In this document: in pieces, positions 37,468-48,815 of the stretch
Layout of the letters: each line of letters starts with the position of its first letter
Position numbering within the stretch: the stretch's first letter is position 1
NCBI GenBank assembly: GCA_023920165.1
Contig: CP089277.1
Span: 1,860,001 to 1,924,000 of the forward strand
Origin: Curvularia clavata
Lineage: Eukaryota
DNA length: 64,000 nucleotides
Direction: 5' to 3'
The notes under the pieces: generated by a model
What the model saw: only the letters and a program-made list of their open reading frames with translations
Database searches by the model: none
Told to the model about the DNA's origin: nothing
Translations under genes and position numbers: made by a program

Positions 37468-40400
37468 TCACGACACGTCTCCCCGGTGTCTCCTCCTCAT
37501 CTCATTCTCTATCTCCAAACTCATATCCCGGCCTATCCCGTCCCCGTACTCATTCCTTAGCACATTGACAATGTACGATGCTGCATTCAATCTCGGACTC
37601 ATTGGCGTAGCCCAATCACCGCCGCCACGGAACAGGATCGTCGGATCGAGGTTTCTGAAGCGCGGAGCTGTGTCGCATTCAGTAGAAAGTAGGTGCCGTA
37701 GGGTTGAGTGCATGCCATCAACCTTCTTGAGATGCTTTTCAATCTTCTTTTCAAAACACATAGGACGTTGGCGGGCAAATTCTAAAACTAGGCCGGCGAT
37801 GCCGGCGGCAATGGGTGTTGCACACGACGTCCCGGCGAGCCGCTTCCACCCCGTCTCTGGTTCTTCAGTGGGGAGATCGAGGGGCCAGGTTGATCGGACC
37901 GCCTGACCTAAGGCTGTGAGGCGATCTCCTTTTTGCTTTGCTCCGGTGGGATTGCTTCCCAGTGGGCGGCCATTCACGTCTGCCGCGTCGATAGCGATAA
38001 CTTCAAGTGCGCGGGCTGGATAAGCCATTCCGGCTTTGGTTCTTAGGCCGTCATTTGAGCTGGCTGCAAATATGAGTACGTTGCTGACGCGAGCATGCAG
38101 CAATGCATTTTCTAGCTCGTCTTCACTGTTGTCTTCCCAACCCAGACTCATACTAATGATATCGACTTTCTTCTTGTCGACTGCATCGAGAATCGCGTCC
38201 GCGACGTGTTTCTTATCAATGTGGCTGCTTCCGTCACAGACTCGGTACACGTATACGTCTGCGTATGGGCAGACGGTTAGAATCAGGCCAGCCGCGTGGG
38301 TTCCATGTCCTTTGCTATCTACATTCCAAGGTAGGGACGGATCTAGCACTTTACCAATCTTGACTCTTGGACCTTTCATGAGGGAGGGCACTGGGCCTTT
38401 TGCTGTGCTCTTGGCTACGCCTGTGTCGAGAACGGCGATTCGAACGCGTCGAGCGGCTTTTGTCATGTCGAAGCAGTCGTCCCGGTACTGGTCTAAGAAG
38501 ACGTGTGTTTTGCTCTGAAGACGGTCGAACCACTCGTCTGCTATGATTTCGCTATATAGGGTCAACAAGATGCATGGATATTTTTGGTAAATTCGTGACT
38601 CACTCTCTATCGCTCCAGTCTTTGCTGTGAGGGACTGGCTTCGACGTCGATATCGGTCTTGGGATATCTACCGATGCAGACCGTCTATGTCCTGTGCCGC
38701 TTGGTTGCGTCACACGTAATCCACCTTGACTGAGTACGTCATTTGAGCGTGATTTTCGCAATTTTTGATTGGAATCCGGTTCATCAAAATCTTGATGCCA
38801 GCCTCCTGGAATAACGTGCTCTCTTTGTCCTGCGTTGAGAGTCCCTGTGCTATGAACATGGATTTGTTCTGGTTGTAGGACCGTATCCAAGGGCTGATCT
38901 TGATCAGGCTTTACAATAGAGGAAGTACTATCAGTCTGGCATGTCTTCGCTGCTGAAGATGGTTGATGACCATCTTCATTTCCTGGGTTGGCAGATTCAA
39001 AACACTCAAGGGCATCTACCCAAAGATACGTGGTTTGGCGCTCGTCCTCGGCTGGCATCGGTTTGGAGTCGGGTATTGACTTCTCTGTAATTGACTTGTC
39101 TAGCGGTTCAATCAGATCTGCGGTCCAGTTGTCTGTCCGTTTTCTTTTAGACTTTTCAGAAGACTTTTCAGAAGAATGTGAAGGCGGTGTCTCTATCCCG
39201 GTACCACTCAACAGAAGAGAATTTCTCCTCGTACTCCTTTCAGCATTTGACTTGTGCTTTGAGATCTGCTCGACATCATTCTCGATCTTTGGCGGCAACG
39301 ACACTCGCGCGGAGTCACTAGATCTAGACCGTCGCTCTTTTCTTTTCGCAATATCTCTATCCACGATACGGAGGGGTGAAGGGACTTCATGGTAATGCGA
39401 CTGAGAGCTTCCCGGCCTCTCCCTCTCGTGCCGGTTTTTGGGTCTCGGTTTCACACTGTCTGGAAGCTGTGTCTGCTGCCTATGCTCCGGTCCTGATAGA
39501 ACTATAGAAGGGGCAGCAGGAATCTGTGAAGCTTTTTCTTCGCCTGAAACCTCCTTTTTTCGTGATTTTCCCTTATTGCTCTGTTCCTCTTGTTTCATCT
39601 CCAGGCTAGAGTGTTGTTCTTTTGAAGCAGTGGGGCTCGTGACCAGATTAATTACATCCGATTCATGCCTTCTATCCGCTGGCTGTGTGCCTGGAGTGGA
39701 GCCTCTGCGGGACTTCTTCTTCTCAGGTTGCGTTGTTGGCATTGAATCCATTTTCTCTCGCTGAGTTTTGCTGTCACTTAGAGCTGAGCATGCTGACTCC
39801 TTATGTCTTGTGGACTTCCCATCTAGTTTCACATCTTTGGGCACTATTGAGCCATCCTTGTAATCACTGGTGCGTTTTGTTCTGCTCACATCGCTTCTAG
39901 TAGAATTCGATCGTTGCATCTTTTTCAATCCAGTCTCAGCTGTACTATGAGGTGAGAGAGTTTCAGAAGCCGAGTGTGGACGAATCGGCAGATCGTGCTT
40001 TGCCTCAGGCTTCTTTGGGGATTTCGACACATCCTTAGGGCGTGGAGATTCGGACTTTGAAGTCTGCTTCGGAGGACTTTTGGATGGCTGGTCGGTAAAG
40101 TGCAGTTCCGGGGTTGCTACTGAAGCAGTCTTTGTATTGTCGGCCTTCTGCTTCGTGCTCGAATGATGCTCATCTGGGCCATCTACTGTACCACGTTTCT
40201 TTGGCTTAGTAGGGGTTTGGCTCGCTTCCTTTATAGGTTCAGACGTCCTTCTTTGCTGTTTCGTTCGCGAGCTTGTCTCAGCGACTTGACGCCGGGTTTC
40301 TTCACCAAGCTTTTCTTGCGTCAATTCTTGGTCGGTTGTATTGCCTGTATGTTTGGGTTGCTTTGGAGTATCTGGAACGCGTGACCTCTGATTTTCTTGA

Positions 40401-41338
40401 ACTTCAGGCGATTCTACCTTTCCGGGCTGTTCGCCCTGATTCTTTTTGTCCGTCTTGTGTGCAGATCCACTCGTCTCTTTTCCTTCCCTAACCACATGTT
40501 TCTTCTCCTCCACTTGTTTTTGTAACTGTCTTCGGATTTTTTCCGCCTTTTTCAATTCTTCCTGTTGCAGAGCAATCTTTTTTGAGCAGTTGCGTAGGGA
40601 TTTTTTGGTTTTCTCGAGATAGATATGGTATTCAGGCGCAGATCTTGCCTGGCATTCGCTTGCTTCCAAAATCTTCAATAGTTCTTTTAATTTGTCAGAA
40701 GCATCACCATACTTGGACAGAGCGTATAACTCTCTTGCGAGGTTGAACCGGATCTTCACAGTCTCGATATGACTTTTGCCTAGATTTTTATCCGCATCCT
40801 GCAGCGTTTCAACGTTCAGATTCACTGCTCTCATAATGTTCCGGTCTGAACCAGATTCGAACAAAGCTGAGGCAAGATCTGCGCGGTCCTTGTAGAGCTC
40901 TTCCCGAGATTGATCTCCCGAGTCTATGACTTTCTCATACACGTATATCGCCGCGGAAAACCTTTTATCTGCCAGGTATGTTTCTGCTAGCTGACGTTGA
41001 GCATATAAATGCCGTTCTATTGCAAGTCTGATAAGATCTTTGGGCGAGTGCTGCAGCCGATGTTGTTTTAAGTTTTCCAGAGTCCAGTCAGCGTTTCTCG
41101 AGTGGCAGATGGTGGCCTCGGCAAGGTTGCCTGTGTTTCTGACGCTGTCTGCCCAACGTTCACGTAGAGTCAGTGTTTTCTCATCCAGATTTCCCCAGTG
41201 CTTCTCAGCTAGCTTGACTGCCTCTCCATAAGCATTCGCTGCTTCTTCAAGGAGTCGTTGATCTCCATCTTCTGCTCTTCTCTCGAGATCCATAGCTTTT
41301 TCGCCGAGCGCGTCGATCCGTTCATCTATACTCTTCAT
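37468..41338 (-). CDS. TPR-like + disordered linker + S8 subtilisin-like serine protease (HET-Q2-like), about 1272 aa; intron 38552-38603
   Basis: ORFs 38600-41338 and 37468-38568 join in phase 2 through GTGAGT...TTGAC...TAG; catalytic RIAVLDTG (D), GHGTHAAG (H), AASSNDG (oxyanion N), GTSCATP (S); kinesin-light-chain-like TPR helices ([32 protein letters not shown]); no signal peptide. Confidence 0.9.
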
Positions 41339-41837
41339 ATCGTAAACTGCCAGGCATCTGAATCATAAAGCCTTGCAGCCTCATGAGAAAAGCAAGCCAG
41401 GTGAGTGTGGTGTATAGTCGAGTCAATACCTCCCGCAACAATCCCTACACACTCTACCTACTTTCGCTTTCCTTGAAGAAACCCCAACCTCAAATAATTG
41501 AGAAGTCGATAATGAGTGCCGACTCGGGCAGCATGTCGCTCCTAGAAAGAAGCTGTTCCATGATTGTCAGCTTAATAAGAGAAGGCGATCAGGCTGCCAT
41601 GAGGGTGGGGGCTGAAAGCTCGCCTGTATGTCCCATATAGGTCAAGCGAATATGCAACTGCTCAGCGCATAACGCCGGATCAATTTCCATTGTTGATCAG
41701 CCCATGACGATTTGAGCACAGCCCATTTATCGATAAACGCCAGCCTTCTCATTTACAGCTTGCCGCGTTCGCACCCAGCCAGACCGAGTGGGCTGTATAG
41801 CTTCAAACTTCATTGCAATGCTAGCTCTATCTTCCAC

Positions 41838-42607
41838 ATGCCTGTACTTCCTGTTGCACCCCAGAGCCAACCATGGATAACGAATCGAACAGATGGTGAG
41901 ACAAATACCGAATCATGCGCATTTGTCACCATCTCGCCTCGAAGATTCGCTTTACGGACGCCGCCCACGCCATCGCTTGCCGCGGAAGTAGAGATCGAGA
42001 CAAGCCCAAGTAGCCCAACAACTCAGAAACCGTCTAACGAGGTTATCGGTGGTGCATTCATAGGCGCATTCCTTGGAGCTCTGTTGTTGATCTTCTTGTT
42101 GAGATATTGTTGTGGAGGTGGTCGCGAACCCAGTGAAGATGGCTCCACAGACTCCAGCCTGAAGTCGTCGAAAGGCCCTCCACCAGCTCCTCAACCCGTT
42201 TACCAAGTACCTCCAGCACCCAACAATCCGACAGGTGGTTATGCAGTTCCCGGAGTTCCAAATCCTAAACCTATTTATCCATATACCGCGTCGAGGCCAG
42301 TTGAACACTCGCGGGTGTCTACACAACGACCTAGGGGGAGTATCACAATAGCCGAAGTCAAAGGAAGACCGAATTGGATTCGACGGAATCCAAGACCTCG
42401 CCGCCCCAAACCTCATAGTGCAGCCGGTTCCGAATCAACATCTAGCTCGAGCGACAGACGCAGACGGAGAGTATGGTTTCCCCCATCCCGATATTATACA
42501 GCTCACATACTAAAGTCAAATGACAGTCTTCAAGGCGCGGCGATGGAGTCCGAATTGTCGAGTTGGACGTGCCCAGAAACCTTGGGTACCTGCATTCGGC
42601 GACGTAA
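41838..42607 (+). CDS. Single-pass membrane protein with Pro/Arg-rich cytosolic tail; probable intron 42471-42526
   Basis: Ser/Thr/Pro-rich N-part, TM VIGGAFIGAFLGALLLIFLL followed by RYCC, PPPAP repeats; GTATGG...CTAAA...CAG intron gives about 237 aa (the unspliced frame ends at 42626). Confidence 0.6.
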
Positions 42608-42892
42608 TCAGGGACGGAAGATCTGATACGTATGATTGGATATTCGACCATGAAAGAATTACAATCAACTTGCTGTAACTGGACGGATATTCCAGGACAT
42701 TCCATCTCCCTAGTGGATCAGAACAGATTCAGAGCCGTTCGCAGTTCGAAAATTGCCCCGTACGCTAGATCATGCATTACACGTCACCCTGCATCTTCAT
42801 GCATATGTCGGATTCAAGGCGCGGTTGCCTATTCACTATTACCTCGTATATTTAATGGCTTAGTACATTGAACCGGTCCCGTAAAGCACGCC

Positions 42893-43753
42893 ATGTCGAA
42901 ATACAAGCCAACCTACTTCCTCACTCCGCCTCGCCCCTCGCCCCCAGATGGCCCTATCCGTCTTGGTGCAATTATCCCTTCGCCTGCTCAACCTGACGAA
43001 CCTTTATACTTGCCATCTCTTCCTGAGTCGACTGATACTAGTACCTTCACGGAATATAACTGGACCGGCTCTTACGTCAAAGCTTCATCGTCCCACTTTG
43101 GCATCTGGACCTCATTCCTTGAAGTGGTACTCGGCGTAGGCGCAGATGTCGGTGTCGAGCTTGATAAGTCACTGGAGAGAAAATGGGACGTGGAGCGGAT
43201 GACGACGCAGACTTTTCTGCCCAGCCGATCCTTCTTGGAGCAAGTAGTTCAGCATGAGGATGTAAAGCGGTACATCATCGAGAATCGTTTTAGAGAAAAG
43301 GTGTACATGATTACAGGCGTCATGATTGCCTCTTCGTCTACTGTGTCGAGCGAGAAATTACAGGAATGTGGTGTGTACGTCCATGCTGGTGTGGATGCGA
43401 CGGCTTGGGCTGGTGTTCCCATATCAGTGGGCCCTGAGGGAAAGTGGAAGCAGAAAAAGGAGACCCGGGAGTCGAGCCGACGGCCCGATGAATTCGTCTT
43501 TGCGTATAGGATTAGGCAAATCAAGATTGGAAGAAAAGGTGAGATCAAGTCGGAAAAAGTGTACGATAAGGGTGCTTTGTTCGATACGCACCGCGAGAGG
43601 GCCACGCGAGATATAGGTGAGATGGAATTAGAGGGCTTGGGTGACGAGGCGGATATTGAAGATATTGAGCTAGAAAGTAGAGAAGTGAGGCAAGAGATGG
43701 GAGGTGGGCAGGAAGAAGAGTTTTTGTGCGTTCTTCCAGAGCCACTCGATTGA
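42893..43753 (+). CDS. Fungal gasdermin (HET-Q1/RCD-1-like pore-forming protein), 286 aa, intronless
   Basis: TYFLTP...PPDGPIRLGAIIPSPAQPDEPL N-terminus, TQTFLPSRSFL, VYMITGVMIA, amphipathic beta hairpins, EFVFAYRIRQI, YDKGALF, then an acidic 56-aa tail; adjacent to an S8 protease. Confidence 0.88.
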   Translation: MSKYKPTYFLTPPRPSPPDGPIRLGAIIPSPAQPDEPLYLPSLPESTDTSTFTEYNWTGSYVKASSSHFGIWTSFLEVVLGVGADVGVELDKSLERKWDVERMTTQTFLPSRSFLEQVVQHEDVKRYIIENRFREKVYMITGVMIASSSTVSSEKLQECGVYVHAGVDATAWAGVPISVGPEGKWKQKKETRESSRRPDEFVFAYRIRQIKIGRKGEIKSEKVYDKGALFDTHRERATRDIGEMELEGLGDEADIEDIELESREVRQEMGGGQEEEFLCVLPEPLD

Positions 43754-44752
43754 AGAGCTGGGTGTTGGAGTCAAAAAGGAAGCTGGGTATGGCAAAGGAT
43801 ATTTGGTCATCAGGATTGTACCGGATGAAAATATTCTACCGAAAGTTTTCATATTTTTCTCCACAAAGCCCCTTTCACTTCATGCTGTATAGAGAAAAAT
43901 CAAGGCTTGAATAGAATCTTCCCAGATATGGAGCTAGAAGAATTGAAACATCGCTTTTACTAATCACTTGTCCTATCTACCATGCTTGGCAGCTCTTTCC
44001 ATAGTGTATTTTTCTCTGTTTCATTATCCTTTTTTTTCCATTGTTTTGGTTCAAAGCTATTTTGATCAAAGAGATCTTACCCAGGACTTCTATGATAGCT
44101 CTGGGATCTCTCACTGATGTTTGTTTTTGGTCAAATATCTTAGCACGAGCCCTCTGAATTGTATGCGCGCGAGTCTTTCTACAGACAGTTCTTAGTACCC
44201 TATGCATCTAAAACTTACGGAGAACAGTACACCATCGATAGGAATTCTGCTGATGGATGGGCCGAAGTGATCAGCTTACCACTGCTCCCACCCAACACAA
44301 TTACAATGGTACCTCGGCGCACTCTTGTGTTTGAAGAGGTGCTACAAGGACGTTTCTATGAGTAGCTACCATTTTGTCTGGTCATTATGAAAATTTCTTT
44401 GCACCCATGTTTCAGGTGGGACTGCATATGTGAGCATCGTCAAGAGTTCGGCCGAGATGTGATGTACTCTGATGAATCGTTTCAGCATTTGTAGTCTGTT
44501 ACTTCAAGTATGTGGCAAGTGTATGTCTATTGGATTTAAGACGAATAAGCAAATCTGAACAGGTACGAGATAAAGTAAATTCACCGCCCTCGTAGCGCTA
44601 ACTTTGTTCCTGAACCAAAGCAGCGACATATCTGCTAGGTCCCTCGCTACGGCCTGGTCCCACTCTCTCACTCACCACACTGTAAATTTTGCAATTTTCT
44701 CGCCACTCATCCAACAAAGAGATCAGCTGGTCTCAAACAACAATCTGAAAGA

Positions 44753-44772
44753 TAGCATCGGTGGTTTAGTGG
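44753..44772 (+). repeat. Exact 20-bp copy of the tRNA-Gly 5' end and 2 upstream bases (TAGCATCGGTGGTTTAGTGG)
   Basis: Identical to 44847-44866. Confidence 0.9.
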
Positions 44773-44848
44773 AACATATTCTCAGCTGTCCGCTCCTTCC
44801 TCCATCGAACAACCAGCTCCTGCCTGGTTTGCCTTTCGACCATCAGTA

Positions 44849-44943
44849 GCATCGGTGGTTTAGTGGTAAAATTAGCCGTTGCCATTCATCTCTTCGAGAC
44901 GAGCGACGTCGGCTAGCCCCGGGTTCGATTCCCGGCCGATGCA
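44849..44943 (+). tRNA. tRNA-Gly(GCC) with 24-nt intron (44885-44908)
   Basis: Acceptor GCATCGG/CCGATGC+A, A box TGGTTTAGTGG, anticodon stem AGCCG/CGGCT around TTGCCAT, B box GGTTCGATTCC, T5 Pol III terminator at 44947-44951. Confidence 0.96.
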
Positions 44944-45124
44944 TCCTTTTTGCGGTGGCGTCCTACTGAGTTAGAGGTCGTAGAGCTGGTTTTTTTTTTT
45001 GCTGTTCTGGTCCGTCTGGAAGTACCACAGAAGGAGGACTCAACAAGCAACATGCGATGGAGAGACCGCGGTTCGGTGAGTTCATTCCAACAATACTCGA
45101 TTCGAATCCAACTAACAGCGAATA

Positions 45125-45141
45125 GATTCCCGGCCGATGCA
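45125..45141 (+). repeat. Exact 17-bp copy of the tRNA-Gly 3' end (GATTCCCGGCCGATGCA)
   Basis: Identical to 44927-44943. Confidence 0.9.
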
Positions 45142-45323
45142 GGGACTTTGTAAGATGCATGAAACGGGATGTGCGATATTCGGGATATCATCGGAGTGAC
45201 GTTCAACGCTGGTTCATTCACAGGCATGAAATGTCTCCTTGCACTGCCTGTCTTGCAGGTCTGAGCGGGTGCAAATGTCAAAATAATCATGTGAATATGA
45301 CGCCGATGTGTGCTCATGACTGA

Positions 45324-46515
45324 TCACTCTTGGTCTTGTTCTTCATCCTGCTCTTGCTCCTCTTTCGTATCCTCTTTTCTGTCCTCATCTTCTGCAGGCA
45401 TAGTGACTGGAAATGAAAGATGCTTCCAGTCCTCAATCTACAATACGTCAGCACGCATAAGGGACAAAGAACCTTAGTACACACCTCTTCGGTTATACTT
45501 TTCATGCGATCTCGGATGCTCTCTACGGCATAGCTACCCAGAATTAATCGCAGTGGAGGGTAGCTGCAATGACCTAATTGCCAGACTAGCTCAGCACTTT
45601 TTACAGCGCTCACAGGCTGCCTGTCATTCAGCCACTGCACCATACGTCGCGCATGTTGTGCGGGACTGGTCAGACTAGCATACGGTTCGCTTGGGTTTGG
45701 TTTTACGGAGAAGTGACCATATCGCTTTGGCCTAGGGGGTCCTTCTCCCAAGGCTGCAGGAGCGATATAGTTTGGTGGAAACATGTTGTCATCTGGCTCA
45801 TCCAGTCGGACATGACCGGGTTCGACCAGTGTAGCTTTGATATTGAAAATGTCCACTTCGTACAACATAGACTCTATGAGTCCCTCGACAGCGTACTTTG
45901 TCGCGCAATATGGGCCCAGTCCCGGTACGCCGAGCGCTCCAGCTGTGGAAGAGAATATGAGATAACGTCCAGAGTTTTGGGCGCGAAAGTATGGAAGTGA
46001 CAGCTGGATGATATGGAGTGTACCAAGGAAGTTGGTGGTAAATTGGTTACGGAGGTCATAATCGTCCTGGTCTTCGCATGCTGCTATGACGCCATATCCG
46101 GTGCTGTTCGCTATAACGTCCACCTGCCCCCAGTGTTCGACGCTCTTCTTGATAACCCAGTCGACCGTATCTCGTACTCTGACGTCGCAAAGCAGGCCTA
46201 AACAGTTCATGTTCTGCCACTTGTCCATTTGTTCTGGTGTGTTCTCTTGGGTCCATCCAACTGCGGTACATTGGTCGCCGTGTGCGAGTATTGATCTAAC
46301 CAGGGATCGCCCTATATGGCCGGTCGCTCCGAAGACCTATGAATGAGGGTCAGTCATGGGGCATGTTTGTAAACGGACGGGTATCTTACAATCCATACTG
46401 CCCGTTTCGGGGGATTGTTTTCAGATGGCGGGTCGCAAGTCGCAGGCAACGTGAGATTAGCATTATGAATCGCTGCGCCTGGAGAGAGGCTCTGGCTCAG
46501 CGTATCGAAGTCCAT
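45324..46515 (-). CDS. Short-chain dehydrogenase/reductase; introns 46337-46389 and 45438-45484
   Basis: AVWI|VFGATGHIG, LCDVR, SSTAG, YCATKYAVEG (YxxxK), TLVEPG, PPLRLILG. Confidence 0.88.
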
Positions 46516-47276
46516 ATGGACGTTGAAGAATGCCTGCAATGAGATGCTACCTGAAGCTGTATCCAAGGTGGGGAGCTTGATCGGCCAATCGGAGATGCAA
46601 CTGCCGCTATCTCCGTGTACTGCAAGTGAAGGAGATGCCGAGGTGTTTGAGGAAGCTCACAACGTAAGCTATCGCAAGAACAAAGTGAACTTCTGCAATA
46701 TATCTGCTAATGTGCAACCGTGTCCAAGGTGGCTGTATCAATCAATCAAGGCATAACGAACCTCCTCTCGTCAATAAGGAAACGGAGAGCGTCAATGGCC
46801 AACTGACTCGGGAACGCTTGCTGTCGATTCATAAAGTTACTGACGAGAATAAAGAACATGATGAAGATATCGAGGTGCATAGGCGACGTGAGAAAGAAGT
46901 GGTACGCTAGGAACAGGAAGGCCTGCGTTCGGTATCGGCTCTTGATCGATCGGATCACTCTGGCCGCCTTGATGGCGGCAGCGCGGTTCGTGGGAGTGCG
47001 GAGGGCAACAACCTTGGAGAGAACACGCATTCTAGGCAAGGCCAATGTCGAGTTATCGCGGGTGGCAGTCGACTGTCTAGGGACATGAGGTTGCAGACAT
47101 AGGTGTAGACAAGTGGTGGAGAGCAAAGGCCGCGCTTATCGATAAGTACCGAGCTCTCCATCTGTGCGGGATCGTCCTGCTGCACAATTACGTCTGAGGG
47201 TTCATCTTCTGTAAACAACCACGAGCCACACCCAATATGGCATTGCTCAGCTGCAAATAGAAATATAATCGCGACC

Positions 47277-48815
47277 ATGGCCCAAGATGTGCCTACGCCG
47301 GTGCCGCTACCGGTCACACAAGGTGGCTCCTCATCGTATTGTGACCTTGACGATTGATCATTCGAACCCCCGCTGATATACCACAGACTCTCCTTTACCC
47401 AAGGCTTCCTACTTGGCCAACTCTCTATAGCATTACTCATCTTCTGCTTCATCAAGTTCTTCATTTTCGGAGAACCCCCCTCAGCTGATGACCGCGCACT
47501 TCACCTCAATTCGTTGCGACGAGCTCGCACACTGGCTCACCAGCAATCCTATAAGCAGCTGCGAGCGCGCGCAAACTCGACATCGCTATCATTACGACAC
47601 AAGCCGTCTCGAAGTATAATACGAAAGGGAGAGGAGAGCATGGGAGGGCCCAGCATAGCGACAATACTAGCAAAGACGTATTACAATGTAAAAGGACATC
47701 AGCCAGAGAGCTTGGACTGGTTCAACGTGCTCATTGCGCAAACCATTGCTCAGCTCCGAGCCGATGCACGACAAGACGATGCCATTCTGACATCGCTGAC
47801 CGAAGTCCTGAACACTGGAAGCAAGCCGGATTGGATTGGCGAAATCAAGGTAACCGAGATAGCGCTCGGAGACGAATTCCCCATCTTTAGCAACTGCAGA
47901 GTTATGCCTGCGGAGGATGGTTTCTGGTATGGACCAGGAAATACAGGCAATGAAAAAGAGAGACTTCAGGCCCGTATGGATGTGGACCTGAGCGACGTGA
48001 TTACTATTGGCGTAGAAACTACGCTGAACCTGAATTGGCCGAAACCGAAGTCTGCCGTGCTGCCAGTTGCACTTGCAGTGAGCATTGTGCGCTTCTCTGG
48101 AACACTCGCAGTGTCATTTATCCCCTCATCCTCACCTGCATCGACCGCTGCACCAATGTCATCACCAAAGCCAGATGCCCAGCGAAGCTCTTCTCCAAAC
48201 CGCCCTTCATCCTCTTCAGGTGCACCTCCGCACCGTCCTACAACTCTTGCCTTCACCTTCCTCGACGACTACCGACTCGACCTCTCCGTACGCTCATTAG
48301 TCGGTTCTCGATCACGCCTACAAGACGTACCTAAGATAGCTCAACTAATTGAGTCACGCGTACACGCCTGGTTCGACGAGCGCGCAGTAGAACCCCGCTT
48401 CCAACAAATTGTCCTTCCTTCTCTTTGGCCCCGCAAACACAACACGAGGGGAGGGGCAGCCACCGCCCCTAACGCCGACTCAGCACTCGAAGACGACGAG
48501 GAAGATGACGAAATCGCAGTCATGGAAGGAAATGGTTCAGCACCCCCTTCCACGTCGTATATCCCTTGTCCAATAGCCGAGAACGTTACCTTGGAAGAAC
48601 GGATCGAGGCAGAGGGACAGAAGCTGCGTGAAGCGGAGATTAGAGCTGGGGTTAGGAAACCCAGTGCTTCAGTAGACAGTAGAGAGCACCGTGCTGATGG
48701 TATGCGTTGGAGGGGCGAGCAGAGAGGGCGACAAGGTGCGCCCAGCAGACCCAAGTTGCAGAGTAGAACTACGACGGGGATAGCGGCAGCGATGCCGGGT
48801 GCTTTGCCCCGATGA
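47277..48815 (+). CDS. MMM1: ERMES complex subunit Mmm1 (SMP domain); intron 47336-47386
   Basis: LSFTQGFLLGQLS...FIKFFIFGEPP TM, KTYYNVKGHQPESLDWFNVLIAQ, FPIFSNCR, SLVGSRSRLQDVPKIAQL, EPRFQQIVLPSLWPR. Confidence 0.95.

Noticed and set aside
44753..44866. Two direct repeats as a CRISPR-like array
   Set aside because: Eukaryotic context, only two copies, and the repeat is the tRNA 5' end
29083..44943. GlyRS gene and tRNA-Gly in the same window as a functional cluster
   Set aside because: 13.5 kb apart with unrelated genes between; tRNA-Gly genes are multicopy and dispersed
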